Source: Deltaproteobacteria bacterium (lineage in GTDB: Bacteria > Myxococcota > Kuafuiibacteriia > Kuafuiibacteriales > Kuafuiibacteriaceae). From it: 64,000 nucleotides of DNA. The notes under the pieces were generated by a model. It did no database searches. It worked only from the letters and a program-made list of their open reading frames with translations, and was not told where the DNA came from. The translations under genes were made by a program, and so were the position numbers. The first letter of the stretch is position 1. Each line of letters starts with the position of its first letter. The stretch is taken from positions 1-64,000 of the forward strand of contig JAVJQW010000027.1 in assembly GCA_040218735.1 (NCBI GenBank), in the 5' to 3' direction. Positions 1-9,202 of the stretch are shown one piece after another.

Positions 1-165
1 CTCTCCGTAGGGAATCAGTTCGGCTCGCCCACCGCGGCAGTCAGCGAAGCCGAGGGGCCACACCCGGCGAGACGAACGGCTTCTGACCGGAGGGGAGGTC
101 CCCGGCCGTCGCCGAAAGCGAAGCCGATCCTGGGCACTCCCACCCCGGCTATCTGATGCGGCCTC

Positions 166-2328
166 CTAGGGCATGAGGACCGCGTCGATGACGTGGACGA
201 CGCCCGTCAGGGTGCGGATGTCGGCGAGCGTCGCGATGACGTTCGCCGTGTTGCCCTGACCGTCCGTAATCGTGATCGCGCCTTCGCCGTCCACGTTGAT
301 CGTGATGTCGCCGTTGAGTGTGCTGATGACCTGACCGTCCCGCAGGTCCGTCGACACGGCCTGCGAGCCGACGACGTGGTGCGAGAGCACCGCGTCCAGC
401 GTCGACTGCGGCGTGCTCATCAGGTCGATGCCCGCCGCCGTGAACGCCGCGTTGGTCGGCGCGAAGACGGTGAGGGGCGCGTCGCCGCCGAGGGTGTTCG
501 GCGCGAGCGCCGACTGCACGCCGGCGGAGCTCATGCCCACCGCGCTCACGAGCGTGGAGAGGTCCGGCGTGGCCGTCGCGACCTCGAGGATCGTCGGGGG
601 CACGATCACCTCGTTCATGACGTGGATGATGCCGTTGTCCGCCGGGACGTCGAGCGTGCTCGACAGCTCCGCGCCGCCGATCGTGATCGGGTTGCCGGAC
701 GCGTCGATCGCGAGCGGGAGGTTCGCGAGGCTCATCAGCTGCGTCGCGCCGACGACCGCGGTCGAATCGAACTCACCGGCGACGGCGTGGTACAGCAGGA
801 TGTTCTGCAGGACGGCGGACGGCGTCGGCCCGAGGTCCACGCCGAGCGCGGTGAACGCAGCGTCGGTCGGCGCGAAGACGGTGAACGGACCGCCTTCGTC
901 GAGCGTCGTCGCGAGGCCGGCCGTCGTCGCGGCTGAGACCAGCGTGCCGAAGTTCCCGTTGTCGACCGCGACGTCGACGATGCTGCCCGGGCCATCGACC
1001 GGCGGGAACAGCACGCCGTCGATGACGTGCACGGTGCCGTTCAGGAGGCGGATGTCGGCGGTGACGACGCGCGCGGCGTTGCCGAGGCCGTCTTCGATCG
1101 ACACTTCGCCGTTCGCGATGCGCACGGTCGCGGTGTCGCCGTTCGCCATCGTGATCGTCATGCCGTCGGTGAGGTCGGTCGACAGCGCCTGGCCGGTCGT
1201 CACGTGGTAGCCGAGCACGTCGTCGAGCGCGGCCTGGTCGGCGAGGAGCGCGTCGAGATCGTTCTGCGGGATCGCGGCGAACGCGCTGTTCGCCGGCGCG
1301 AAGACGGTGATGGGGCCATCGACGGCGAGCGCGCCCTGGATGGTGGCCGAGGCGGCGCCGACGGCCGTCACGAGGGTCGAGAGGTCGTCGGTCGCGCTGG
1401 CGGCCTCGAGGATGGTCGGGGGCACGATGACCTCGTCGACGACGTGCACGATGCCGTTCGAGGCGGCGACGTCGAGCGTCTCACTCAGCGCGAAGCCGTT
1501 GATCGTGATGGGCGTCGCCGCGGCGTCGACGGTCAGCGTCGTCTTCGCGAGCGTGGTGAGCGAGCCGGCGCCGACGACGGCGGTCGAGTCGAGCTCACCC
1601 GAGACGACGTGGTGCAGGAGGATGTTCGCGAGCAGGCCGGCGTCCGAAGGGATCGCGGGGAGCGCGGCGAACGCGGCGTCGGTCGGAGCGAAGACCGTGA
1701 AGGGGCCGGCGCCCGTGAGCGCGCCGTCGAGGCCGGCGTCGACCGCGGCCTGCACCAGCGTCGAGAAGCCCGCGTCGGTCGCGACCTCCACGATGTTACC
1801 GGGGCCCGCCTCGGACGGGAGGATCACCGCGTCGACGAGGTGCACGATGCCGTTCGACGCTTCGATGTCCGTCATCGTGACGGTCGACTCGCCGCCGCGC
1901 TGGTCGGTGAGGATGACGTTGCCGTCCATGACGCGGATCGCGACGGTCTCACCGTTGAGCGTCGTGGCTTCGGAGAGCGTCACGACCTGTGCGGCGTCCA
2001 CCTTGCCGCTCACCACGTGGTACTGGAGGACGCGCGCGAGCTCGTCCGGATCCGACTGCAACGCGGCGATCGTCTCCGCCGGTACGGCGTCGAACGCGGC
2101 GTTGGTCGGGGCGAAGACCGTGAACGGTCCGGGCGCTTCGAGGGCCGACTTCAGCCCGGCCTGCTGGATGAGGCTGGCCAACGTGGACAGCTCGGGCGTG
2201 CTCGCCGCGAGCGCCACGATGTCCGGGGTCGCGGGGTTGGTGTTTCCGTCGTCGTCGTCACCGCTGCAGGCGGCGAGGGCGAGGGCGGGGAGGAGGAGGG
2301 CTGTCGCTTGGAGTCTTGAATTCAACAT
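166..2328 (-). CDS. Multi-fasciclin (FAS1) domain lipoprotein
   Basis: Lipobox LALAAC; five repeats of FAS1 H1 (GPFTVFAPTNAAF) and H2 (NGIVHLVDAVILP) motifs. Confidence 0.95.
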   Translation of the reverse strand: MLNSRLQATALLLPALALAACSGDDDDGNTNPATPDIVALAASTPELSTLASLIQQAGLKSALEAPGPFTVFAPTNAAFDAVPAETIAALQSDPDELARVLQYHVVSGKVDAAQVVTLSEATTLNGETVAIRVMDGNVILTDQRGGESTVTMTDIEASNGIVHLVDAVILPSEAGPGNIVEVATDAGFSTLVQAAVDAGLDGALTGAGPFTVFAPTDAAFAALPAIPSDAGLLANILLHHVVSGELDSTAVVGAGSLTTLAKTTLTVDAAATPITINGFALSETLDVAASNGIVHVVDEVIVPPTILEAASATDDLSTLVTAVGAASATIQGALAVDGPITVFAPANSAFAAIPQNDLDALLADQAALDDVLGYHVTTGQALSTDLTDGMTITMANGDTATVRIANGEVSIEDGLGNAARVVTADIRLLNGTVHVIDGVLFPPVDGPGSIVDVAVDNGNFGTLVSAATTAGLATTLDEGGPFTVFAPTDAAFTALGVDLGPTPSAVLQNILLYHAVAGEFDSTAVVGATQLMSLANLPLAIDASGNPITIGGAELSSTLDVPADNGIIHVMNEVIVPPTILEVATATPDLSTLVSAVGMSSAGVQSALAPNTLGGDAPLTVFAPTNAAFTAAGIDLMSTPQSTLDAVLSHHVVGSQAVSTDLRDGQVISTLNGDITINVDGEGAITITDGQGNTANVIATLADIRTLTGVVHVIDAVLMP

Positions 2329-2530
2329 GAGTCGTGGTTCCCCTTTCGGGCGCGTGCGCGCCGCCGAACCCTACAAACGGAGCGGTCTCGTTGTTCCGAT
2401 TTGGTTCATAAAAAATGCGGACAAAATATGAACTAGGCGCGATCGGATCCCGACTCGGGTCGTGACCCGCGGGAGCGCCGATGTAGGCGGATTGACGCCC
2501 CTGGGGCCCCGTGGTGCCGTTCGCGACGTC

Positions 2531-4552
2531 GTGCGTCTCCGTTCGCTCGTTGTCCTCGCCGCGCTCGTTCAGGCCTGCACGGGCACCGACCCGCTCCCCC
2601 CCGGCGTCCGCGACGCCGGAACGCCGAGGCGCGACGCCGGGCCCCCCGACCCGGGCCGTGATGCCGGCTTCCGTGACGCGGGCGCCCGCGACGGCGGCGC
2701 CGAGCGCGACGCCGGTTTCCGCGACGGCGGCACCGATCGCGACGCCGGTGAACGGGACGCCGGACCTCCGCCGCCGATAGTCGTCCTGATGATCGGCGAC
2801 GGGATGGGCTTCCCGCAGCTCGAAGCGGCCGGCCACTACGCGCACGGTCGCACCGGCAACCTCGCGATCGAGCGCCTCCCCGTCCATGGCGAGATTCGCA
2901 CCGCGAGCCTCTCCGGGCTCACCGACTCCGCCGCGTCGGCCACCGCGATGGCGACGGGCATCAAGACGCGCAACCGACGTGTCGGCGTCGACGCGCGCGG
3001 CGACGCGCTGGAGACGATCGTCGAGACCGCGAAGGCCCGCGGCTTCGCGACCGGCGTCGTGAGCACCGCCGCGCTCTCACACGCGACGCCCGCCTCGTTC
3101 TCCGCGCACTGGTCCGACCGCGACGGCTTCGGCGACATCGCCGCGAGCCAGGCGGTCGTGCAGCCGGACGTGATGCTCGGAGGCGGCGCGCTCTACCTCG
3201 ATGCACACGTCGCGACGTTCGAGGGCGCCGGTTATCGCGTCGCGCGCACGAGCGCCGAGCTCGATGCGCTCGCGGTGGACGGCACGCCGGTGCTCGGCCT
3301 CTTCTCGGCGGAGCACATGCCTTACGTGCTCGACCGCACCGACACCTCGACGGTGCCGTCACTCGCTGCGATGTCGCTCGCCGCCCTCGATCAGATCGAC
3401 GCCACCGGGCGCGGCGGCTTCCTGACGATCGAAGGCGCGCGCATCGACATGGCCGCGCACCTCAACGATCGCGATCGCATGATCACCGAGACTGTCGACT
3501 TCGACGACGCGGTGTCCGCGGTCGCGCGGTGGATCGAACGCCGCGAGAACGCGACGCTGATCGTCACCGCCGATCACGAGTGCGGCGGCGTCACCGTCGC
3601 CAACCCACGCGGCGCCGGTGTGTTCCCGCAGGTCGACTGGCGCTGGGACCAACACACCAACCAGCGCGTCGGGGTGTTCGCGAGCGGACCGGGCACCGCC
3701 ATCTTCGACGGCACGACCCACGACAACACCATGATCTACGCCGCCGTCCGCGCGCAGCTGCTCGGCGAAGCGCTCGTCGATCCCGCGCCGGGGCTCGTCG
3801 TCGACGGGCACCTCTCGGACCTCGCACACCGCGCGTCGACGCAGGTGGTGGTGAGTGGATTCGGGCCGGGCTTCAACCAGCTCGACGCGCTCCTCGTCGA
3901 CGCCGACGCGGACCGCCTCGCGGTCGGCGTCGAAGGCCTGTTCCAGTGGGGCGAAAACGCGGTCGTGCTCCTCGTCGATGTCGACTTCGGCGCCGGCACC
4001 GGCTTCTCGAACGTCGAGGGCGCGCTGTCGGACTTCGACGGTCGCCTCGACGGCATCATCACCGCGCTCAACGTGCGCGACCCGTCCGTGACCGGGTTCG
4101 GCGTCGATGCCGCGGTCGGCGTCTGGGGCGGCACGGTGTTGCGCGACGAGGACCTCATCGAGGACGCCGGTTTCCGCGGCTTCGCGAACGGGCTCGGCGC
4201 CGCCGACAACTTCTTCTGGACCGCCGTGTCGACGAACTTCGGCGAAGGGGTCCGCAGCGACGTCGCCTCCGCCGCCGTGTCCGACGAGGGTTGGGAGGTG
4301 CACGTCCCGTGGCGCGCGCTGTTCCCGACGCTCGAGGGCCGTGTCCCGGCCGGCGCCACACTCGCGATCGCCGCCGTGCTCGTGAACGACGACGGGGGCT
4401 TCTTGTCGAACCAGGTCCTCCCGCCGTTCCCGTCCGGCACCGAAAACCCGGGTCGGACCGGCGCGGCGCTCCCGGGCGTGGTGGTGTTCGACGTCGACGT
4501 CAACGCCGACGGGATCCCCGGGGATACGGGCGCGCCGACCGTGCAACCCTGA
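2531..4552 (+). CDS. Alkaline phosphatase (PhoA family) lipoprotein with C-terminal beta-rich domain
   Basis: LMIGDGMG, TDSAASATA (Ser nucleophile), HATPA, EGARIDMAAH, VTADHECGG motifs; GTG start at 2531 gives lipobox LVQAC (ORF track starts 2462). Confidence 0.9.
   Translation: MRLRSLVVLAALVQACTGTDPLPPGVRDAGTPRRDAGPPDPGRDAGFRDAGARDGGAERDAGFRDGGTDRDAGERDAGPPPPIVVLMIGDGMGFPQLEAAGHYAHGRTGNLAIERLPVHGEIRTASLSGLTDSAASATAMATGIKTRNRRVGVDARGDALETIVETAKARGFATGVVSTAALSHATPASFSAHWSDRDGFGDIAASQAVVQPDVMLGGGALYLDAHVATFEGAGYRVARTSAELDALAVDGTPVLGLFSAEHMPYVLDRTDTSTVPSLAAMSLAALDQIDATGRGGFLTIEGARIDMAAHLNDRDRMITETVDFDDAVSAVARWIERRENATLIVTADHECGGVTVANPRGAGVFPQVDWRWDQHTNQRVGVFASGPGTAIFDGTTHDNTMIYAAVRAQLLGEALVDPAPGLVVDGHLSDLAHRASTQVVVSGFGPGFNQLDALLVDADADRLAVGVEGLFQWGENAVVLLVDVDFGAGTGFSNVEGALSDFDGRLDGIITALNVRDPSVTGFGVDAAVGVWGGTVLRDEDLIEDAGFRGFANGLGAADNFFWTAVSTNFGEGVRSDVASAAVSDEGWEVHVPWRALFPTLEGRVPAGATLAIAAVLVNDDGGFLSNQVLPPFPSGTENPGRTGAALPGVVVFDVDVNADGIPGDTGAPTVQP
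2609..2764 (+). repeat. Coding RD[AG]G low-complexity repeat linker (9 copies)
   Basis: Repeated cgcgacgccgg/cgcgacggcgg encoding RDAG/RDGG between the lipobox and the phosphatase domain. Confidence 0.85.
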
Positions 4553-4610
4553 TTGCGCCTGACGATCGACGCAACCCTGAGTCCAGCGCGCCGATAACGG
4601 CGACGGTCTC

Positions 4611-6125
4611 GTGCGCACGAGCGATGTCAAAATCAGGCGGTCGCCCGTCGGTGCTCCGGCGGCGAACGAGGTCCGTCTTCGGCCGACGGACAAACGCAGC
4701 GTCCCGTTCGCGCCGCTGGGGGTCTACGCGGAGGAGCGTCCGCGGGTCGTGCACACCGCGCCCACCACGGTGCGCCCCGGGTTCACGGCCGAGCGTCCGC
4801 GCCAGGAGCTGTTGCGGCAGGTCTTCGACGACATCGTCCTCGGCGCCCCCTCCGACATCAGCGAGGCGGACCTCCGCGGTCTGCAGGCGCTCGCGCTGGA
4901 CACGATCCATCGGACCTTCGACGACAAGTACGGCAACGACACGTTCCTGCGCGAGCAGGTCGGCAAGAAGTTGGATTCGTTCGCCGACGCACGTTTCGAC
5001 GAGGCGTTCGCGCGCTCGATCCTCGCCGGTCGCAAGCTCTCCGACAAACAGTGCGACGCGCTCGCCTTCGTGCTCCGCACGTTCCTCGACTCCAGCGACT
5101 CCGACTCGCTGCTGCGTCGCGCGGCGATCATGAAGCTCGGCGAGATCGGCCGCCGCCGCGACGTCGGCGCCATCCTCCCGCACGTCCGCAAGGGGGACTC
5201 GAGCGACCTCCACCACGGCCTCGGTGCGATTCGTTCGATCACCAAGAGGCGTGGCTCGCCGCAGACCCGCAAACGCCTCCGCGACCACCCGGTGGTTGGT
5301 CCGCTGCTGAAGAAGGGCGAGCTCACCACCGACGAACACCAGCTCCTCGTCGAGATGGTCCTCAAACACGGGACGATCGATCGCGTCGACGAGATGAAGG
5401 GCGGCGCGCACTTCAACCCGGTGTTCTTCGTGACCTTCAAGGAGACGGAGCCGGCGCCCGGTGGCAAACGTCGCCCCATTCGCGGCGTCTTCAAGCCGGA
5501 GACGACGTGGCCGGGGAAGGATCGCTCGTACTTCGCGCGCGAGGTCTCGGCCTACGAGTTCGACCGCACCTTCGCGCGCACCGGCCTCGTACCGCCCACC
5601 GTCGAGGGGCTGCTTCCGCTCGGTCGAGGTCCCTCGTGCGAGCTCGGTTCGCTTCAGTATATGATTCCGGACGCCGAGCCGCTCGGGTACCGAATCCGCG
5701 AGCAGGGCGTCGAGAAGTGGAAGTACCAGCCCGCGTTCGAGCATCTGAAGAAGGATCCGGCCTTCTTGCGTCAGATGAACCGAGCGCGCACCATACTCTA
5801 CGTGCTGGGCGACCCGGACAAGCTGCCGAGCAACGTGAAGCCGTTGCCGAACCTCGCCAACTTCATGGTGAGCGGGGGCAACCGGCTCTGGTTGATCGAC
5901 AACGCCTACAGCCAGGGTGCAGCGCCGAAGCCGCACCGGGAGATCCTCCCGCGCCGTCACGACGGCACCGTGCTCCGGGAGTTCGAGACCTCGCTCGCGC
6001 ACGGGCGCAGCGGGATCGAGGAGGCGCTCTCCACCTTCATCGAATCGACCGACGCGAGTGAGGTCTCGCGACGCACCGACGTCGCGCGGCAGCTCCTCCG
6101 CGATCGTCCGAGGGACGACTCGTGA
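4611..6125 (+). CDS. Atypical kinase of PI3/PI4-kinase (HipA-like) superfamily with N-terminal helical region
   Basis: [42 protein letters not shown] motifs in the C-terminal half; no signal peptide. Confidence 0.7.
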   Translation: MRTSDVKIRRSPVGAPAANEVRLRPTDKRSVPFAPLGVYAEERPRVVHTAPTTVRPGFTAERPRQELLRQVFDDIVLGAPSDISEADLRGLQALALDTIHRTFDDKYGNDTFLREQVGKKLDSFADARFDEAFARSILAGRKLSDKQCDALAFVLRTFLDSSDSDSLLRRAAIMKLGEIGRRRDVGAILPHVRKGDSSDLHHGLGAIRSITKRRGSPQTRKRLRDHPVVGPLLKKGELTTDEHQLLVEMVLKHGTIDRVDEMKGGAHFNPVFFVTFKETEPAPGGKRRPIRGVFKPETTWPGKDRSYFAREVSAYEFDRTFARTGLVPPTVEGLLPLGRGPSCELGSLQYMIPDAEPLGYRIREQGVEKWKYQPAFEHLKKDPAFLRQMNRARTILYVLGDPDKLPSNVKPLPNLANFMVSGGNRLWLIDNAYSQGAAPKPHREILPRRHDGTVLREFETSLAHGRSGIEEALSTFIESTDASEVSRRTDVARQLLRDRPRDDS

Positions 6126-6298
6126 GCGGCGATCTGCAGACGCTCCTCGAGGGGCTCCCCTTCGACCGCGAAACCCTCGCGAACCTCGCCGCCGCGGATC
6201 CGCGCGCAATGCGCGAGATGCTGTCGACCTACCTGCGCGACGACGAGGTCGACGCGATACTCGAGCGCGTCCGCGATCTCGTCGCGCACGCGGACTGA
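6122..6298 (+). CDS. Small 58-aa helical protein (not in ORF track)
   Basis: GTG at 6122 overlaps the kinase TGA (GTGA); reads [58 protein letters not shown]-stop with GC3-rich codons. Confidence 0.7.
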   Translation: MSGDLQTLLEGLPFDRETLANLAAADPRAMREMLSTYLRDDEVDAILERVRDLVAHAD

Positions 6299-6354
6299 GA
6301 CTTTCCGCGCCGCCGCGTAGACCCATCGGCGCGTTCGTGCGTTGGTGGTCCGCG

Positions 6355-7248
6355 ATGCGCGCCGCTCCGCTGCTCCTCCTGCTCCTCGTCGCCTGCGGAA
6401 CCTCCCGCGAACCGAACGATCCCAGCGCCTTCCCCCGCGACGGCGGATCGACGGAGGCCCCCCGCGACGGCGGGACCGCCGACGGTGGTGTGCGCGACGC
6501 CGGCTTCGAACGCGACGGCGGAGGGGACCCGGCCACGGAGCCGAGCGACCTCGGTGCGTTCTGTCCGGGCGGGTGCAACCTCGCGACCTGCGTGCTCGAA
6601 GACGAAGACTGCGAAGGCGGCGTCTGCATCTGGCACGGCGCGCTGAGCGCGTCGTACTGCAGCCGACGCTGCGTCACGACCTGCCGGCCCGGATACTCGT
6701 GCATCGTCGCGGCGGACGGCGAAGGGCCGGTGTGCATCAGCGACACGCCGGACTGCGGCAACGGGAACGTCGAGTACGGCGAGGCCTGCGACGACGGCAA
6801 CACCGACGACGGCGACTTCTGCGCCGGCGACTGCTCCGCCGAGACCCAGCCGCCGTCGGGCGGGACGGTGACGACGTCGTTCGACGGACGCCCCCCGATG
6901 ACGTCGACGGGCGACGACCCGGTCGTCTACGCGAACCGCATGGGTGACAATCTGTTCTTCGGCGCGAGCTCCAGCCAGGTCACCTACCGAATCGACCTCC
7001 CCGACGACCTCGGCGCACCCCCGCTGACGCGTCTCCTCGAAGCCGGCCTCATCGAGAGCGTGGGCGGGAGCCTGTGCACGTACCAGGGCGCGACGCAGAC
7101 CAACATCTCGCGGCTCGACTACGCCGCGAAGGAGGTCGCTGGCACCGCGGCGTTCGTGATGGTGTGTATGGGCGGCAACTGCGAGTTCGGCTGCAACCCG
7201 GAGTTCACGCTCGAAGTGAGCTACGACCTTCGCTGGGTCGACGACTAG
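6355..7248 (+). CDS. Cys-rich lipoprotein with Myxococcus cysteine-rich repeat
   Basis: ATG 6355, lipobox LLVAC; RDGG linker; [27 protein letters not shown] repeat. Confidence 0.85.
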   Translation: MRAAPLLLLLLVACGTSREPNDPSAFPRDGGSTEAPRDGGTADGGVRDAGFERDGGGDPATEPSDLGAFCPGGCNLATCVLEDEDCEGGVCIWHGALSASYCSRRCVTTCRPGYSCIVAADGEGPVCISDTPDCGNGNVEYGEACDDGNTDDGDFCAGDCSAETQPPSGGTVTTSFDGRPPMTSTGDDPVVYANRMGDNLFFGASSSQVTYRIDLPDDLGAPPLTRLLEAGLIESVGGSLCTYQGATQTNISRLDYAAKEVAGTAAFVMVCMGGNCEFGCNPEFTLEVSYDLRWVDD

Positions 7249-7333
7249 CGCGAGCCGGAAGCGTCATGCGGGTCCGGACCGATCGCCTCGCGTCTGCCAA
7301 GAGTTCGCCACAAGTTCCGCCCACCCTGGGGTC

Positions 7334-9199
7334 ATGCGAATCCTCGGCCTCGCGGCCCTCACCACGCTGATCACCACCTCCGCCCACGCCGAGCTGATCA
7401 AGGCGCCGTCCTTCGATCGCTCGGAGCTGTCCGTCGTGCAAACGCACACCCAGGTCGACGTCTCGGGCGTCGTTGCGCGCGTCGTCATCCGTCAGACCTA
7501 CTTCAACGCGTCGTCCCGCGCCGTCGACGCGACCTACGTGTTCCCGGCCTCCACCCACGCGGCGGTCGACGGGCTCACGATGCACATCGGCGACCGACGC
7601 ATCGAAGCGAAGGTGCAGCCGCGCGGTCAGGCGCGGGCCACGTTCGAGCGCGCCAAGGCGGAGGGCAAGACGGCGACGCTCCTCGAGCAGCACCGTCCGA
7701 ACGTCTTCCAGTCGAGTGTCTCCAACGTGATGCCGGGGGATCGGATCGACGTGGAGCTGCGGTACACCGAGCTCCTTGTCCCGGAGGAACGGGTCTACGA
7801 GATCGTGCTCCCGCAGATCGTCGCGGAGCGGTTCGGCAAAGCCCCGTGGGGCGGCGCCGCGGATCGCACGCCGCGTTCGCGCGTCGAGGTCGACATCGAC
7901 GCCGGGATGAAGATCCGCGAGGTCCACGTCGCGTCGCACGACGCCCCCGCCACCGTGCGCGGCGCGAAGGCCAACGCGCGCATCGACGCCCCCGGCGGGT
8001 TCACGGACGACGTCGTCGTTCGCTACCGGCTCGACGGCGACCACGTGCAGACCGGCATCCTCCTCGACGAACGCGCCGACGGCGGCAACTTCCTGTTCAT
8101 GATGCAGCCCCCCGAGCGCGTCGCACCCAACGCGGTCCCGCCGCGTGAGTACGTGTTCGTCGTCGACGTGTCAGGCTCGATGAATGGCTTCCCGCTCGAC
8201 GTCGCCGCGCACCTGTTGGAGCGACTCGTCGATGGCCTCGGTCCGATGGATCGCTTCAACGTCGTCTGCTTCGCGAGCTCCAACTCCGTTCTCTACGACC
8301 GCTCGAAGGCCGCGACGCCCGAGACCCTGAACGAGGCGATTCGTTTCCTGCGCTCCCACCCCTCCGGCGGCACGCAGCTCGGCGGCGCGTTGAAGCGCGC
8401 GCTCGACTTCCCGCGCGACGAAGGGACCTCGACGAGCTTCGTCGTCATTACCGACGGCTTCATCACCGCGGAGCGGAGCACGTTCGAGCTCATCCGTGAC
8501 AACCGCGGCAACACCAACGTGTTCGCGCTCGGCATCGGCACCAACGTGAATCGGTTCCTCATCGAGGGCATCGCGAAGGCGGGTGGCGGACACCCGTTCG
8601 TCGTCACGAGCGAGGCCGACGCCGACCACGAGGCGCGGCGCCTCCTCGCGTACATCGAGTCGCCGGTGCTCACCGACATCCACGTCGCGTTCGAAGGGTT
8701 CGACGCCTACGACCTCGAGCCCCCGACCGTCCCGGACCTCTTCGCCGACCGTCCGATCGTCGTGCTCGGCAAGTACCGCGGCGCGCCGAAGGGCCGCATC
8801 GAAGTGACCGGTCACGGCGGCGGCGCGAAGTTCACGCGGAGCATGACGATGGAGCGCACCGGCGAGCAGAACGCGGCGATCGCCAAGCTCTGGGCGCGCT
8901 CGCGCATCGATCACCTCACGCTCCTGTACGGGCTCGGTCGTGACAAGAGCGTAGGCGACGAGATCGAGAAGCTCGGCCTCGAACACAACCTCCTCACCGA
9001 GCGCACGAGCTTCGTCGCCGTCGACACCCGCGTCCGAAACGCAGCGCGCCCGCGCACCGTCGCTCACGTCCCGCGTTCGCGCGGGTTCGGCTCGGTGTCC
9101 GCGACGCCCGAGCTCGACCCGGGCGCGGCCGCCGGCGCGCTGCTCCTCCTCGCGGGGTTGATCGCGATGCGGCTCGATCGCCGCCGTCGCTCGGAGTAG
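7334..9199 (+). CDS. VIT and vWA domain protein with VPEID-CTERM-type sorting signal
   Basis: Signal peptide; VIT domain; MIDAS DVSGSM...ITDG; C-terminus ATPELDPGAAAGALLLLAGLIAMRLDRRRR. Confidence 0.9.
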   Translation: MRILGLAALTTLITTSAHAELIKAPSFDRSELSVVQTHTQVDVSGVVARVVIRQTYFNASSRAVDATYVFPASTHAAVDGLTMHIGDRRIEAKVQPRGQARATFERAKAEGKTATLLEQHRPNVFQSSVSNVMPGDRIDVELRYTELLVPEERVYEIVLPQIVAERFGKAPWGGAADRTPRSRVEVDIDAGMKIREVHVASHDAPATVRGAKANARIDAPGGFTDDVVVRYRLDGDHVQTGILLDERADGGNFLFMMQPPERVAPNAVPPREYVFVVDVSGSMNGFPLDVAAHLLERLVDGLGPMDRFNVVCFASSNSVLYDRSKAATPETLNEAIRFLRSHPSGGTQLGGALKRALDFPRDEGTSTSFVVITDGFITAERSTFELIRDNRGNTNVFALGIGTNVNRFLIEGIAKAGGGHPFVVTSEADADHEARRLLAYIESPVLTDIHVAFEGFDAYDLEPPTVPDLFADRPIVVLGKYRGAPKGRIEVTGHGGGAKFTRSMTMERTGEQNAAIAKLWARSRIDHLTLLYGLGRDKSVGDEIEKLGLEHNLLTERTSFVAVDTRVRNAARPRTVAHVPRSRGFGSVSATPELDPGAAAGALLLLAGLIAMRLDRRRRSE

Positions 9200-9202
9200 T
9201 CG

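Noticed and set aside
4500-6803. Long antisense and alternative-frame ORFs (e.g. 4500-6803, 8171-10813, 37191-38855, 45349-47106)
   Set aside because: Arg/Ala/Pro-rich shadows of real genes, expected at this GC content; no motifs
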